Assembly: GCA_029977865.1 (NCBI GenBank)
Contig: JAPOKA010000007.1
Coordinates: 5-64,004, forward strand
From: a bacterium
GTDB taxonomy: Bacteria > Planctomycetota > Phycisphaerae > Phycisphaerales > SM1A02
Direction: 5' to 3'
DNA: 64,000 nucleotides
Shown here: piece after piece, positions 38,684 through 47,084 of the stretch
Layout: each line of letters starts with the position of its first letter
Position numbering within the stretch: position 1 is the stretch's first letter
Notes under the pieces: generated by a model
Database searches by the model: none
Told to the model about the DNA's origin: nothing
The model's input: the letters and a program-made list of their open reading frames with translations, nothing else
Translations under genes and position numbers: made by a program

Positions 38684-39844
38684 ATGGATCAGACGCTGAA
38701 CAGTCGCGCCTCACCGTCGCCTCCGCGGCTCTCGGTGGTGCTGCCCACCTGTGATCGGCGCGAGCAGACGATTCGTTGCGTGCAATCGCTGCTCGCCCAG
38801 TCGATCGCAGCGCGGTCGGGTGAGCTCGAGATCGTCGTGGTCGACGATGGCTCCGCCGATGGCACCGCCGAGGCGATCGAGTCGCTCGCCGAGACGAGCC
38901 CAGTGGCGGTGCGGGTGCTCCGCAATCCGAAGAACCTCGGCGCGAATGCCAGCCGCAACCGTGGCGTGCAGGTGGCGCGGGGACCGTTGATCGCCTTCCT
39001 CGATTCCGACTGCGAGGCGGACCCCGACTGGCTCGAGCGGCTTGCGGCAGTGTTCGACGATCGCCGGGTCGGCGCAGCCTCGGGACTGGTCGAGGACCTC
39101 TGCCGCGGCAATCTCTGGGAACTCGCCTTCTGCGGCACCCATCGGCTTCCCAGACGCGGGGACGCCTCACGCTTCACCTCCTGCAATCTCTGTGTTCGTC
39201 GCGAGCTGCTCGCAGCGCATGCCTGGGAGGAGGACTTCTCGAACGCCGCGGTCACCGAGAGCGGACGTGCCGACACCAGCTTCTCGGGCCGCTGCGACGA
39301 AGAAGGCCTCTATCTCGCGATTCGGGCGGCCGGGTGGAGCGTGGTGGCCGAACCGTCAGCGCGGCTCGTCCATCGGCATCCCTATACGGCGCGGAGCTTC
39401 CTGCGGCAGGCCTGGCACGGCGGACGCGCCGCCGCCGAACTGGTGTGGAAGTTCAGGCTGCGCGATCGGCTCGATGTGGCGCCCTTCGCGCTGACGGCAC
39501 TCGCGGCGCTGGCAGCGATTGCCTTGGCGCTGCTGCTCGAGCCGCCGTGGTCTGCATGGACCTGGCTCCTTCCCTTGCCTCCGCTTGCCGCCGGGATCGC
39601 CGCGGTCTGCTGGAACGAGACCGCCAACAAGGGAAAGTCGTGGTTTGAACTCCTCCGCACGGCACCGGCGCTGGCGATCTACTACTTCCTGCGGACCGGC
39701 GGCTACTGCCTCCGACGCATCGGGCTGTGGTGCGGACGAGGCTCGATCCGCCGCATCGCGCCCGGCTCGCTCGGCCGCACCATGCCCAAGCCGCCAGCAC
39801 CTCCGACGATTCCCGCCACCGCCTGCGCGGGGGCCTCGCCATGA
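38684..39844 (+). CDS. Glycosyltransferase family 2 with C-terminal TM segments
   Basis: C-terminal part of track ORF 37691..39844, starting at ATG 38684. LSVVLPTCDR, VVVDDGSADGT, FLDSDC, LRQAWHGG, then TM helices. Confidence 0.8.
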   Translation: MDQTLNSRASPSPPRLSVVLPTCDRREQTIRCVQSLLAQSIAARSGELEIVVVDDGSADGTAEAIESLAETSPVAVRVLRNPKNLGANASRNRGVQVARGPLIAFLDSDCEADPDWLERLAAVFDDRRVGAASGLVEDLCRGNLWELAFCGTHRLPRRGDASRFTSCNLCVRRELLAAHAWEEDFSNAAVTESGRADTSFSGRCDEEGLYLAIRAAGWSVVAEPSARLVHRHPYTARSFLRQAWHGGRAAAELVWKFRLRDRLDVAPFALTALAALAAIALALLLEPPWSAWTWLLPLPPLAAGIAAVCWNETANKGKSWFELLRTAPALAIYYFLRTGGYCLRRIGLWCGRGSIRRIAPGSLGRTMPKPPAPPTIPATACAGASP

Positions 39845-40704
39845 GCGGGCCGCGATCGTGGTCGCTGCCGCGCGATGGCGGCATGTACCCGCCACCGCCT
39901 CCGCCGGGCTCGGCGGGTTGGGCCTTGCGAGCGGCGCGACGCCGTGTCGCGGACGCCTCTCGCCGCGCCGCTGCCGCCGGAGTGCTGCGGCCGGGCAGGC
40001 TGCCGTCCTTTCTCGGCATCGGAGCGCAGAAGTCCGGCACCACCTGGCTGCACGCGAACCTCTCTGCGCATCCGGAGATATTCCTGCCCGAAGCGAAGGA
40101 GCTTCACTGGCTCGACTGGAACTGGCATCGGACGCCGCGAGCCTACGCACGCTGGTTCGAGGCAGCGGGTGATCGCCTCGCCGGCGAGATCACGCCGGCC
40201 TATGCGATCGCCGATTCCGCGCGGATTCGCGCTGCCGTCGCGGTCCTGCCGGAAGTTCGCGCGATCTACCTCGTGCGCGATCCGGTCGAGCGAGCCTGGT
40301 CGCAGGCGGTCATGAACCTCCACCGCCACGGCGAGGTCGCTCCCGACGAGGCGACGCTGCTCGAGCATCTCGCGAGCGAGCCGGTCCTCGCCCGCAGCCG
40401 CCACAGCAGCGCCATCGACCGCTGGTCCGAAGCGATCGGCCAAGAGCGGCTGCTCATCGGGTTCTTCGAGGAGGTCGGCTCGGACCCCGAGGGCCTGCTG
40501 CGGCGAACACTGCGGTTTCTCGGCGTCGATCCCGATCCCGAGGTCGAGTTCCCGCTGCGGAGGGTGGTGAATCGCGGCGACGGGGTCGAGATGCCCGAGG
40601 CCGCCCGCCGACTGCTGGTCGATCGGCTCGCCGACGAGCTGATCGAACTGGAACGCCGCTTCGGCGAGCCAGCCGCCGGATGGCGGGCAAGGTGGTGCCC
40701 ATGA
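39841..40704 (+). CDS. Sulfotransferase (PAPS-dependent type)
   Basis: The ATG overlaps the upstream stop (ATGA at 39841). 5'-PSB-like GAQKSGTTWL and 3'-PB-like YLVRDPVERAWS. 287 aa. Confidence 0.8.
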   Translation: MSGPRSWSLPRDGGMYPPPPPPGSAGWALRAARRRVADASRRAAAAGVLRPGRLPSFLGIGAQKSGTTWLHANLSAHPEIFLPEAKELHWLDWNWHRTPRAYARWFEAAGDRLAGEITPAYAIADSARIRAAVAVLPEVRAIYLVRDPVERAWSQAVMNLHRHGEVAPDEATLLEHLASEPVLARSRHSSAIDRWSEAIGQERLLIGFFEEVGSDPEGLLRRTLRFLGVDPDPEVEFPLRRVVNRGDGVEMPEAARRLLVDRLADELIELERRFGEPAAGWRARWCP

Positions 40705-41564
40705 GCGAGCCGACCCCGGGACTTCGGCTGCGGCTCTATCGGATCCGCGAGTCGCTTCGCGATTCGTGGCAGGCTCTGCGGGCGCAGCCCCACGAGGATC
40801 CCGTCTTCGTGCTCGGCACGCAGAAGTCGGGGACCTCCGCGATCGCAGGGCTGTTGGGTATCGCTACCGGCCTTCCCGCAGCGATCGATCTGAAGCGCGA
40901 CCTCGACTACGCCCGGGCGCCGGAGGTCGCGGAGGGACGGCGTCCGTTCTCGGCATTCCTCCGCCGCCACGCGGCCGCGTTTGCCTGCCCGATCGTGAAG
41001 GAACCCAACCTCACCTTTCTGGTGTCGTTCCTGCTTGGGCGCTGGCCGCAGGCGCGGCTGGTGTTCGTGGTGCGAGATCCGGTGCAGACGGTCCGCAGCG
41101 TGCTCGACCGACTTGGACTTCCGGGCGAGCTCGATCGGCTCGAGCCATCTCGCCTCGAGGGTCTTCCGCGGAGTTGGTCCGCGGTGCTCGACAGCCGTTG
41201 GTGTGAGCACGCCATCGCCGGTGGAGATCCCGATCGACCGCTGTTTCACCCGGTCGAGGAGCTCGCGCGGCGTTGGCGGATTGCGCGTGAAGTCGCCCGC
41301 TCGACGCAGCAGGCCCGACCCGATCGCACGCACCTGATCGAGTACGAGCGCTTCCGCGTCGCCAAGGAGGCGTCGATCGCGGCGCTCGCGGTGCAGTTGG
41401 GACTCGAGGTTCGTGATCGCGACGGTCTCGCGGCAGCGGTCGATCGGCCCTTCCAGCCGCCTGGCGCTGCGGCCGCGATGCCTCCGGCTCGCTTCTTCGG
41501 CCCGAACCTCGAGCGGCTCATCTCCGCCGCAGGGCTCGACGCCGAGTCGGAGCCGCTGCCATGA
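40701..41564 (+). CDS. Sulfotransferase (PAPS-dependent type), second copy
   Basis: ATGA overlap at 40701. GTQKSGTSAI and FVVRDPVQTVRSV. 287 aa. Confidence 0.75.
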   Translation: MSEPTPGLRLRLYRIRESLRDSWQALRAQPHEDPVFVLGTQKSGTSAIAGLLGIATGLPAAIDLKRDLDYARAPEVAEGRRPFSAFLRRHAAAFACPIVKEPNLTFLVSFLLGRWPQARLVFVVRDPVQTVRSVLDRLGLPGELDRLEPSRLEGLPRSWSAVLDSRWCEHAIAGGDPDRPLFHPVEELARRWRIAREVARSTQQARPDRTHLIEYERFRVAKEASIAALAVQLGLEVRDRDGLAAAVDRPFQPPGAAAAMPPARFFGPNLERLISAAGLDAESEPLP

Positions 41565-42784
41565 AGGTGCTGGTCGTCACCGGTGGATTCCCGCTCGCCT
41601 CGGAGACCTTCGTCCGTGCCCAGTGCAGCGGACTGCTGGCCGCTGGATGCGATGTCGAGGTCCTGGCCCTGCGACCCGGGGACGGCAGCGACTTCGACGA
41701 GCAGGAACGAAGCCTCGGCTTGCCCGCGCGGGTGCGGGCGGCGAGCCTCGACCGCCCGCTCGCTGCGAGGCTCCTCCGAGCGCCGCTGCGGGCTGGACGC
41801 ATCGGACTGCAGTCCCCTGCCGCGGCGTGGAAGTCGGTGTCGCCCTGGTCGGGATGGCGGGCCTCGAGCGGTCGGCTGCTCGAGGCGTTTGCGGCGCTTG
41901 GCGATGGAGCGATCCCGCGGCGATACGACATCGTCCATGCCCAGTTCGGGCCGAGCGGCATCGTGGCCAGCGAGCTTCGCCGCGCCGGGCTGATCACCGG
42001 CCGGTTGAGCGTTGCGTTCTACGGCTACGACATCACCCGAGAGCCACGGCTGCGCGGTTCGGCCATGTACGAGCGGATGTTCGAAGACGCGGAGTGGATC
42101 CTGCCCAACTCCGCCTATCTCGCGGGCCTGCTGCGCGAGGCAGGCGCTCCGGCGGAGAAGGTCTCGGTGCACCGGCTCGGCATCGACACCGATCGCTTTC
42201 CCTTCTGCGACCGCAGCGGCCGCGACGAGTCCGGTCCATGGCGCGTGGTGGCGGTGGGGCGGATGGTCGAGAAGAAGGGATTCGAGTTTCTGATTCGGGC
42301 AATCGCCCGTCTCGGTGACCTGCCGAACTTGAAGGCGACGATCGTGGGCGATGGACCGTTGCGACCGGAGCTGGCGCGACTGGCCGAGGACCTCGCGGTC
42401 GGGGATCGAATCGAGCTGCCCGGCTGGCTCGACCACGCGGAGGTCGGTGCGGTGCTGTCCGGGGCCGACTGCTTTGCGGCGCCGAGCGTGGTGGCAGCCG
42501 ACGGGGACATGGAGGGGCTTCCCCTGGTGGTGGTCGAAGCGATGGCGACCGGACTTCCGGTGGTCGGCACCCGCCACAGCGGGATTCCGGAGGCGGTTCG
42601 GCCCGAGGTCAATGGACTGCTCGTCGAGGAACGAGATGTGGAAGGGCTGGCCGAAGCCCTCAGAGGGCTGGCGAGCCCTCTGACGCGGCTGAAATGGGGT
42701 CGAGAGTCGAGGGCGATCGCGGAGCGTGACTTCTCGCATCCGAGGTTGATTGATCAACTACTGAAGCGGTGGTCAGTGGTCTGA
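41561..42784 (+). CDS. Glycosyltransferase family 4 (GT-B, group 1)
   Basis: ATGA overlap at 41561. MKVLVVTGGFPLASETF, GRMVEKKGF, EGLPLVVVEAMATGLPVVGTRHSGIPE (EX7E). Confidence 0.85.
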   Translation: MKVLVVTGGFPLASETFVRAQCSGLLAAGCDVEVLALRPGDGSDFDEQERSLGLPARVRAASLDRPLAARLLRAPLRAGRIGLQSPAAAWKSVSPWSGWRASSGRLLEAFAALGDGAIPRRYDIVHAQFGPSGIVASELRRAGLITGRLSVAFYGYDITREPRLRGSAMYERMFEDAEWILPNSAYLAGLLREAGAPAEKVSVHRLGIDTDRFPFCDRSGRDESGPWRVVAVGRMVEKKGFEFLIRAIARLGDLPNLKATIVGDGPLRPELARLAEDLAVGDRIELPGWLDHAEVGAVLSGADCFAAPSVVAADGDMEGLPLVVVEAMATGLPVVGTRHSGIPEAVRPEVNGLLVEERDVEGLAEALRGLASPLTRLKWGRESRAIAERDFSHPRLIDQLLKRWSVV

Positions 42785-42996
42785 GGCGATCGCGGGGCGG
42801 GACCGGGGCGTACGCATTCCGAAGAAACGGCAGAGATTTCGTTTCTGCGGCTTGCCGCCCGGGAATCAGGCGTTAGGTTTCATGCTGGAAATTTGATTCC
42901 CTCCGTCGCGAGCCCCTCCTGTCTGCAGAGGCTGGTGGCGGCGGAGGGGATCTTCGGTCATCGCACCCCCCGTCCGCGGGGAAGAAAGGTCTGCTC

Positions 42997-43965
42997 ATGT
43001 TGTACGTCACGTCGCATCGAACTCGTCTCCTCGCAGCCTCGCTCCTGACGGCGAGCCTCGGAGCCGCGCTTGCCTCGAGCGCCATGGCAGCCCCGCAGAA
43101 GGGTCGCCTCGCCGCACGCTTCCAGACCATCGGTGGCGTGCACTCGACCGGGGAAGCGCCCACCGGTCGTCGGGCCCGATCGCTGCCGGTCAATGACGAC
43201 TATCGCGCCTCCACCCGGATGGCCGCGATGATGGGTACGAGCCCGTCCGGCTGCCTCAACCCCGGCGCGAACCCGGTGACCACCAACGACAGTGGCGATC
43301 TCTCGGTCGGTGGCGTGGCCTGCGCTGGCGGTGGAATCAGCACCGAGAACAGCTACGCCCGCGTCTTCTCCCAGTCTTTGGTGGGCGCCGCGTACACCAT
43401 CAACTGCGTCAACTTCGGTGTCGAGAACACCGGAAGCCCCATCGATGGCGCCCTTGGCGTCTACATCGATCCCACCGGCGGCGATCCTTCGGTGAGCGAA
43501 CTGCAGCCGGTCGGGGTGGCCAACGTCTCCCTGACCACTGGCGCCTCGCAGTTGCTGACGGCTTCCTTCGACCCGCCGCTCTGCGTCGAGCTTGAAGCTG
43601 GCGAGACGCTCGTCGTGGTGCTCGACTACGGCCCCTCGCCCGACGGTTTTTGCTCCTTCGCCGGTGGCAACGCCTCGAGCAGCCCCACCTACATCCTCTC
43701 CGCCTCGTGCGGCGTCAGCGATTTCCTCGATCTCGCCTTGATCGGCTTCCCGAACAACCAGTGGTACGTCGAACTCTCCGGCGACTTCGGCTGCGGCGGC
43801 AGTTCGATTCCCGGCGACCTCAACGACGATGGAATCGTCGATGGCACCGATCTTTCGATTCTCCTTGGTGCCTGGGGCACCGCCGATCCCATCGCGGACA
43901 TCACCGGAGACGGCGATGTCAACGGCTCGGATCTTGCGGTTGTGCTTGGCAACTGGACGGGGTGA
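42997..43965 (+). CDS. Secreted protein with two C-terminal dockerin/EF-hand-like repeats; N-terminal domain unknown
   Basis: Signal MLYVTSHRTRLLAASLLTASLGAALASSAMA. C-terminus GDLNDDGIVDGTDLSILLGAWG and DITGDGDVNGSDLAVVLGNWTG. SD-like gaaagg upstream. Confidence 0.75.
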   Translation: MLYVTSHRTRLLAASLLTASLGAALASSAMAAPQKGRLAARFQTIGGVHSTGEAPTGRRARSLPVNDDYRASTRMAAMMGTSPSGCLNPGANPVTTNDSGDLSVGGVACAGGGISTENSYARVFSQSLVGAAYTINCVNFGVENTGSPIDGALGVYIDPTGGDPSVSELQPVGVANVSLTTGASQLLTASFDPPLCVELEAGETLVVVLDYGPSPDGFCSFAGGNASSSPTYILSASCGVSDFLDLALIGFPNNQWYVELSGDFGCGGSSIPGDLNDDGIVDGTDLSILLGAWGTADPIADITGDGDVNGSDLAVVLGNWTG

Positions 43966-43989
43966 TCCGCTCGTCCGTCTCGATCTCCC

Positions 43990-44022
43990 GAAAGGCCGGC
44001 TCCGCCGGCCTTTCGTATTTTT
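43990..44022 (+). terminator. Rho-independent terminator
   Basis: gaaaggccggc/tcc/gccggcctttc forms an 11-bp GC-rich stem, followed by gtattttt, 25 nt after the stop at 43965. Confidence 0.8.
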
Positions 44023-44203
44023 GCCCGCGTCCCCCCGGGGTGAAGTCGAGGCGATTGCGGCGGGTCTGGGGAGAAAGTGGGGGATCCGCCGAACCATCGA
44101 CGCGGACTCTCGGAAGTGCCGAGGGGAATCTCGGTCCGCCGATGTAGTCTTACCGTCTTCGGCGATGCCTTCGATTCGGCACCGAATCTCTCAGGAGCGT
44201 CTC

Positions 44204-45196
44204 ATGAGCCCAACCCGAACCGCGCCCCCGAGCCAACGCGGATTCACGCTGACGGAGCTCTTGGTGGTGATCACGATCATCGTGCTCGTGATCGCCCTGA
44301 TCCTGGCGGCGATCGGCAAGGTGGTGGATCTGACCCGCACCATGCGCTGCATGACGCACCAGCGGCAGCTGGCGGTGGGATGGAACACCTACGCGACCGA
44401 CAACAAGGGACGGCTGGTCAGCCCTCGGACCGATCCGTTCTGCACCCAGAACATCACCACCTCCTGCGGCGCCATCAGTCCCAGTTCCTATCAGCCCTAC
44501 ACCTCGAACGTGAACATCCAGAACCAGTGCTGGGTGAAGAGTTGGGGTTCGAACATGAATGCCAACGGGACCGAGAGGCGGAAGGCGATCGAATCCGGCA
44601 AGTTGTTCCCCTACGTGGGCGACGTGATGGTGTACCGGTCGCCCAACGATCCCACCGCCCTCGCCACCGATATCGACACCATCCAGCCCGCAGGCAGCCC
44701 CAAGAGGCGCATCCGCAGTTACGCCCTCAACGCTTATCTGGGCTGCAACGTCCCCGACGACCTCGGCAACTATGGCAGCTGGCCCTGCAACTTCAATTCC
44801 TGCAGCCCGGGGCTGGGGCTCAACGTTCGCAGCTTCGAGACCTTGGCGCTTGCGCAGATTCCGCAACCGTCCAGGACCTTGCTGTCGATCGTGGAGGACG
44901 ATGGCGTGGGCTACAACAACCAGGGCTGGATCATCAGTCCGCTGAAGCCTCAGTGGGTCGATTGGCCGGCGTTCTGGCGGCCCGACGCCATCACCATGTC
45001 CAATGCCGACGGATCGACGGAGTACTACGCGATGGCCGACGAGTCGCTCGTCGATCAGATCGAGACCTTTGGGCACAACTACACCCAGAGTCCCAACACC
45101 CTCTGCGCCTGGCGGCAGCCGTCGGTGCAGGGGCAACGCTCCGACTGGTGGTTCTTCCGAGAGAAGCTGCTGCCGGGTCTGCTTCCCTCGCCCTGA
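44204..45196 (+). CDS. Prepilin-type N-terminal cleavage/methylation domain protein (pseudopilin-like), Cys-rich
   Basis: ATG 44204 lies 7 nt after aggag. QRGFTLTELLVVITIIVLVIALILAAIG is a class III signal. The C-terminal NADGSTEYY box resembles the planctomycete/verrucomicrobial pseudopilin-like families. Confidence 0.8.
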   Translation: MSPTRTAPPSQRGFTLTELLVVITIIVLVIALILAAIGKVVDLTRTMRCMTHQRQLAVGWNTYATDNKGRLVSPRTDPFCTQNITTSCGAISPSSYQPYTSNVNIQNQCWVKSWGSNMNANGTERRKAIESGKLFPYVGDVMVYRSPNDPTALATDIDTIQPAGSPKRRIRSYALNAYLGCNVPDDLGNYGSWPCNFNSCSPGLGLNVRSFETLALAQIPQPSRTLLSIVEDDGVGYNNQGWIISPLKPQWVDWPAFWRPDAITMSNADGSTEYYAMADESLVDQIETFGHNYTQSPNTLCAWRQPSVQGQRSDWWFFREKLLPGLLPSP

Positions 45197-45392
45197 ACAT
45201 TGCTCGAACTCGTCTCGCGACGGCTGCAGGATCTCGTGTGCCGGCGATTGCTCGCCAACACGGGGTCTGACTGCTCCGACGCACAATCGCTTCGGCGTTG
45301 GGCGGTCGAACAAGTTGGCCTGACCGGGTGGCCGTGCAGACGCGTCGGCAGCCCGAGATCGTCGACTGCCAACAGCGGGCGCTCGGCGGATC

Positions 45393-45941
45393 TCAGACTC
45401 CGATCGACCGTGCCGAGAACTCCGACACCAGGCGTTCGAGTTCGATCGGCGCAATGCCGCGAACGTCGACCCCGACATCGCCGCTGCGGCCTTCGTCCGC
45501 AAGTGCGCCGTGGGCGTGACCGAAGAGGTGCACCGCGCCCTTGAGCCTGCCCTGCCAGGTCCGCAGCGGATAGTGGCAGAGGACGATTCGAAGGCCTTGG
45601 TCGTCCTTCCACGATCGAAGCTCGTCCACCCGCGAGAAGAGCTTGCGGAACTCGCGGCGGTCGATCGGATCGTGATTCCCCGCCACCAGTTCGACGCGTC
45701 GACAGCGAATCCGAGCGCGGATCTCCGCCGCGTGCTCGACGAGTCGGCGCCGCGGCCGGATCGGTCCGGTGAAGTCGCCGAGATGGATCAGGCGGTCGCG
45801 CGGCCCCACCGCGGCATTGATCGCCTCGACGTACGCATCGTCCATCGCGGCCGCATTCGGGAAGGGACGATCGAAGAGTTCGATCGCCTCCTCGTGACCG
45901 AAGTGGGTGTCGGCGGTGATGTAGGTGCGGGCGGCGGGCAT
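45393..45941 (-). CDS. Metallophosphoesterase
   Basis: Trimmed to ATG 45941. ITADTHFGH, HLGDF, VAGNHD, FGHAHG. Confidence 0.8.
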   Translation of the reverse strand: MPAARTYITADTHFGHEEAIELFDRPFPNAAAMDDAYVEAINAAVGPRDRLIHLGDFTGPIRPRRRLVEHAAEIRARIRCRRVELVAGNHDPIDRREFRKLFSRVDELRSWKDDQGLRIVLCHYPLRTWQGRLKGAVHLFGHAHGALADEGRSGDVGVDVRGIAPIELERLVSEFSARSIGV

Positions 45942-45984
45942 CTCGTCGGCACCGTGCCTCGAGGCGAGGCGGAATCGGTTCGGG

Positions 45985-46263
45985 TCAGATCGGCGTCTTG
46001 AATCCCAGGGCTCTGACCGCACACCAGCCCTTGATCCCCTCGAAGAGCATGAACGCGCCGCCCACGCACGCGGCGATGCCGCCGATCCGAAGCGCCGACT
46101 CGCCGTTGCTTGCGGTCGCGGAGGCGGCGCCGTCGTCGGGCAGGGGGCCGCTCGCTGAGAGCAGTGATGCGACGAGCAGGGCGATTCCCACGAGCAACGT
46201 CAGGCCACCCAGCGCGGTTCGAAGGGTGCGTCCGCGACGATCGATGTTGCAGGCGAAGGCCAT
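45985..46263 (-). CDS. DUF2892 (YgaP-like) small membrane protein
   Basis: C-terminal part of track ORF 45985..46977, starting at ATG 46263. CNIDRRGRTLRTALGGLTLLVGIALL..GIAACVGGAFMLFEGIKGWCAV. Confidence 0.65.
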   Translation of the reverse strand: MAFACNIDRRGRTLRTALGGLTLLVGIALLVASLLSASGPLPDDGAASATASNGESALRIGGIAACVGGAFMLFEGIKGWCAVRALGFKTPI

Positions 46264-46292
46264 GGATCTTGAACGCGTGCCTCGCGGCGAGT

Positions 46293-46997
46293 TCACTCCG
46301 GCGCGTCGCCGGCGGTCTCGGTGGCGAGGGTGGGTCCTTGTCGAGACAGCCGATCGAGTTCGGCCGCGAAGGCGATGCCGCCGGGAGGGGTTGCCACGCT
46401 TCCGGAGAGGATCTCCAGCGGCGTGCGCTCGCCGTAGATCTTCTCGTTGAGTCCCTTGTCGACGGTCAGTCCGATCCCACCGACCATCGCCCCGACGAAG
46501 AGACCGCCGCTCTGGGAGTAGGTGTAGACGCTCGGGGCGGGCAGGTTCTCGTAGCCGGTCTGCGCGACGTTGGGTCCCGCGACCGCGGCGGCGCCGGCGA
46601 GCGGATAGGCGTCGCCGGAGAGCACCCGATCGAGGATGGCTTGATCGTTGATCACCATCACCACCTTGCGTCCCTCGCCACCGAGCTGGACACCGAGGCT
46701 TCCGGCGAGCACCGACATCGCCAGCGGCGCCGACCACCGCCCATCTCCGAGGTTTCGCACCAGGGTGCCGCCGCCGCCTTCGACGCCGATGCCGGCGGCG
46801 AGGTTGAACGAGTCGAGCACCAGGATCGCCTTGGACTGCCGAACGACCGCGGCGGGAATCGGAGTGTTCGAAGTCGCGAGTTCGCGAAGCACCTCGCGAT
46901 CGTTGGCGAGGCGATTGGTCATGTCGCCGGCGCACCCGGCAAGCAAGGTCGCGGCGATGACGAGGCCGGTAGTGCACGCGATCACGGCGTGGCGCAT
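46293..46997 (-). CDS. SYLF/DUF500 (Ysc84-like) domain lipoprotein
   Basis: ATG 46997 follows aggagg. Lipobox LLAGC. AILVLDSFNLAAGIGVEGGGGTLV..LGVQLGGEG..GGLFVGAMVGGIGL. Confidence 0.75.
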   Translation of the reverse strand: MRHAVIACTTGLVIAATLLAGCAGDMTNRLANDREVLRELATSNTPIPAAVVRQSKAILVLDSFNLAAGIGVEGGGGTLVRNLGDGRWSAPLAMSVLAGSLGVQLGGEGRKVVMVINDQAILDRVLSGDAYPLAGAAAVAGPNVAQTGYENLPAPSVYTYSQSGGLFVGAMVGGIGLTVDKGLNEKIYGERTPLEILSGSVATPPGGIAFAAELDRLSRQGPTLATETAGDAPE

Positions 46998-47084
46998 GTC
47001 GTCTCCTCCTTGAGAGATCGGTTGGGCGTTCACGCTACCGGCGGCGACCCCGACGAGCAACCGAAGCCGCGCGGGGAACGGGCC

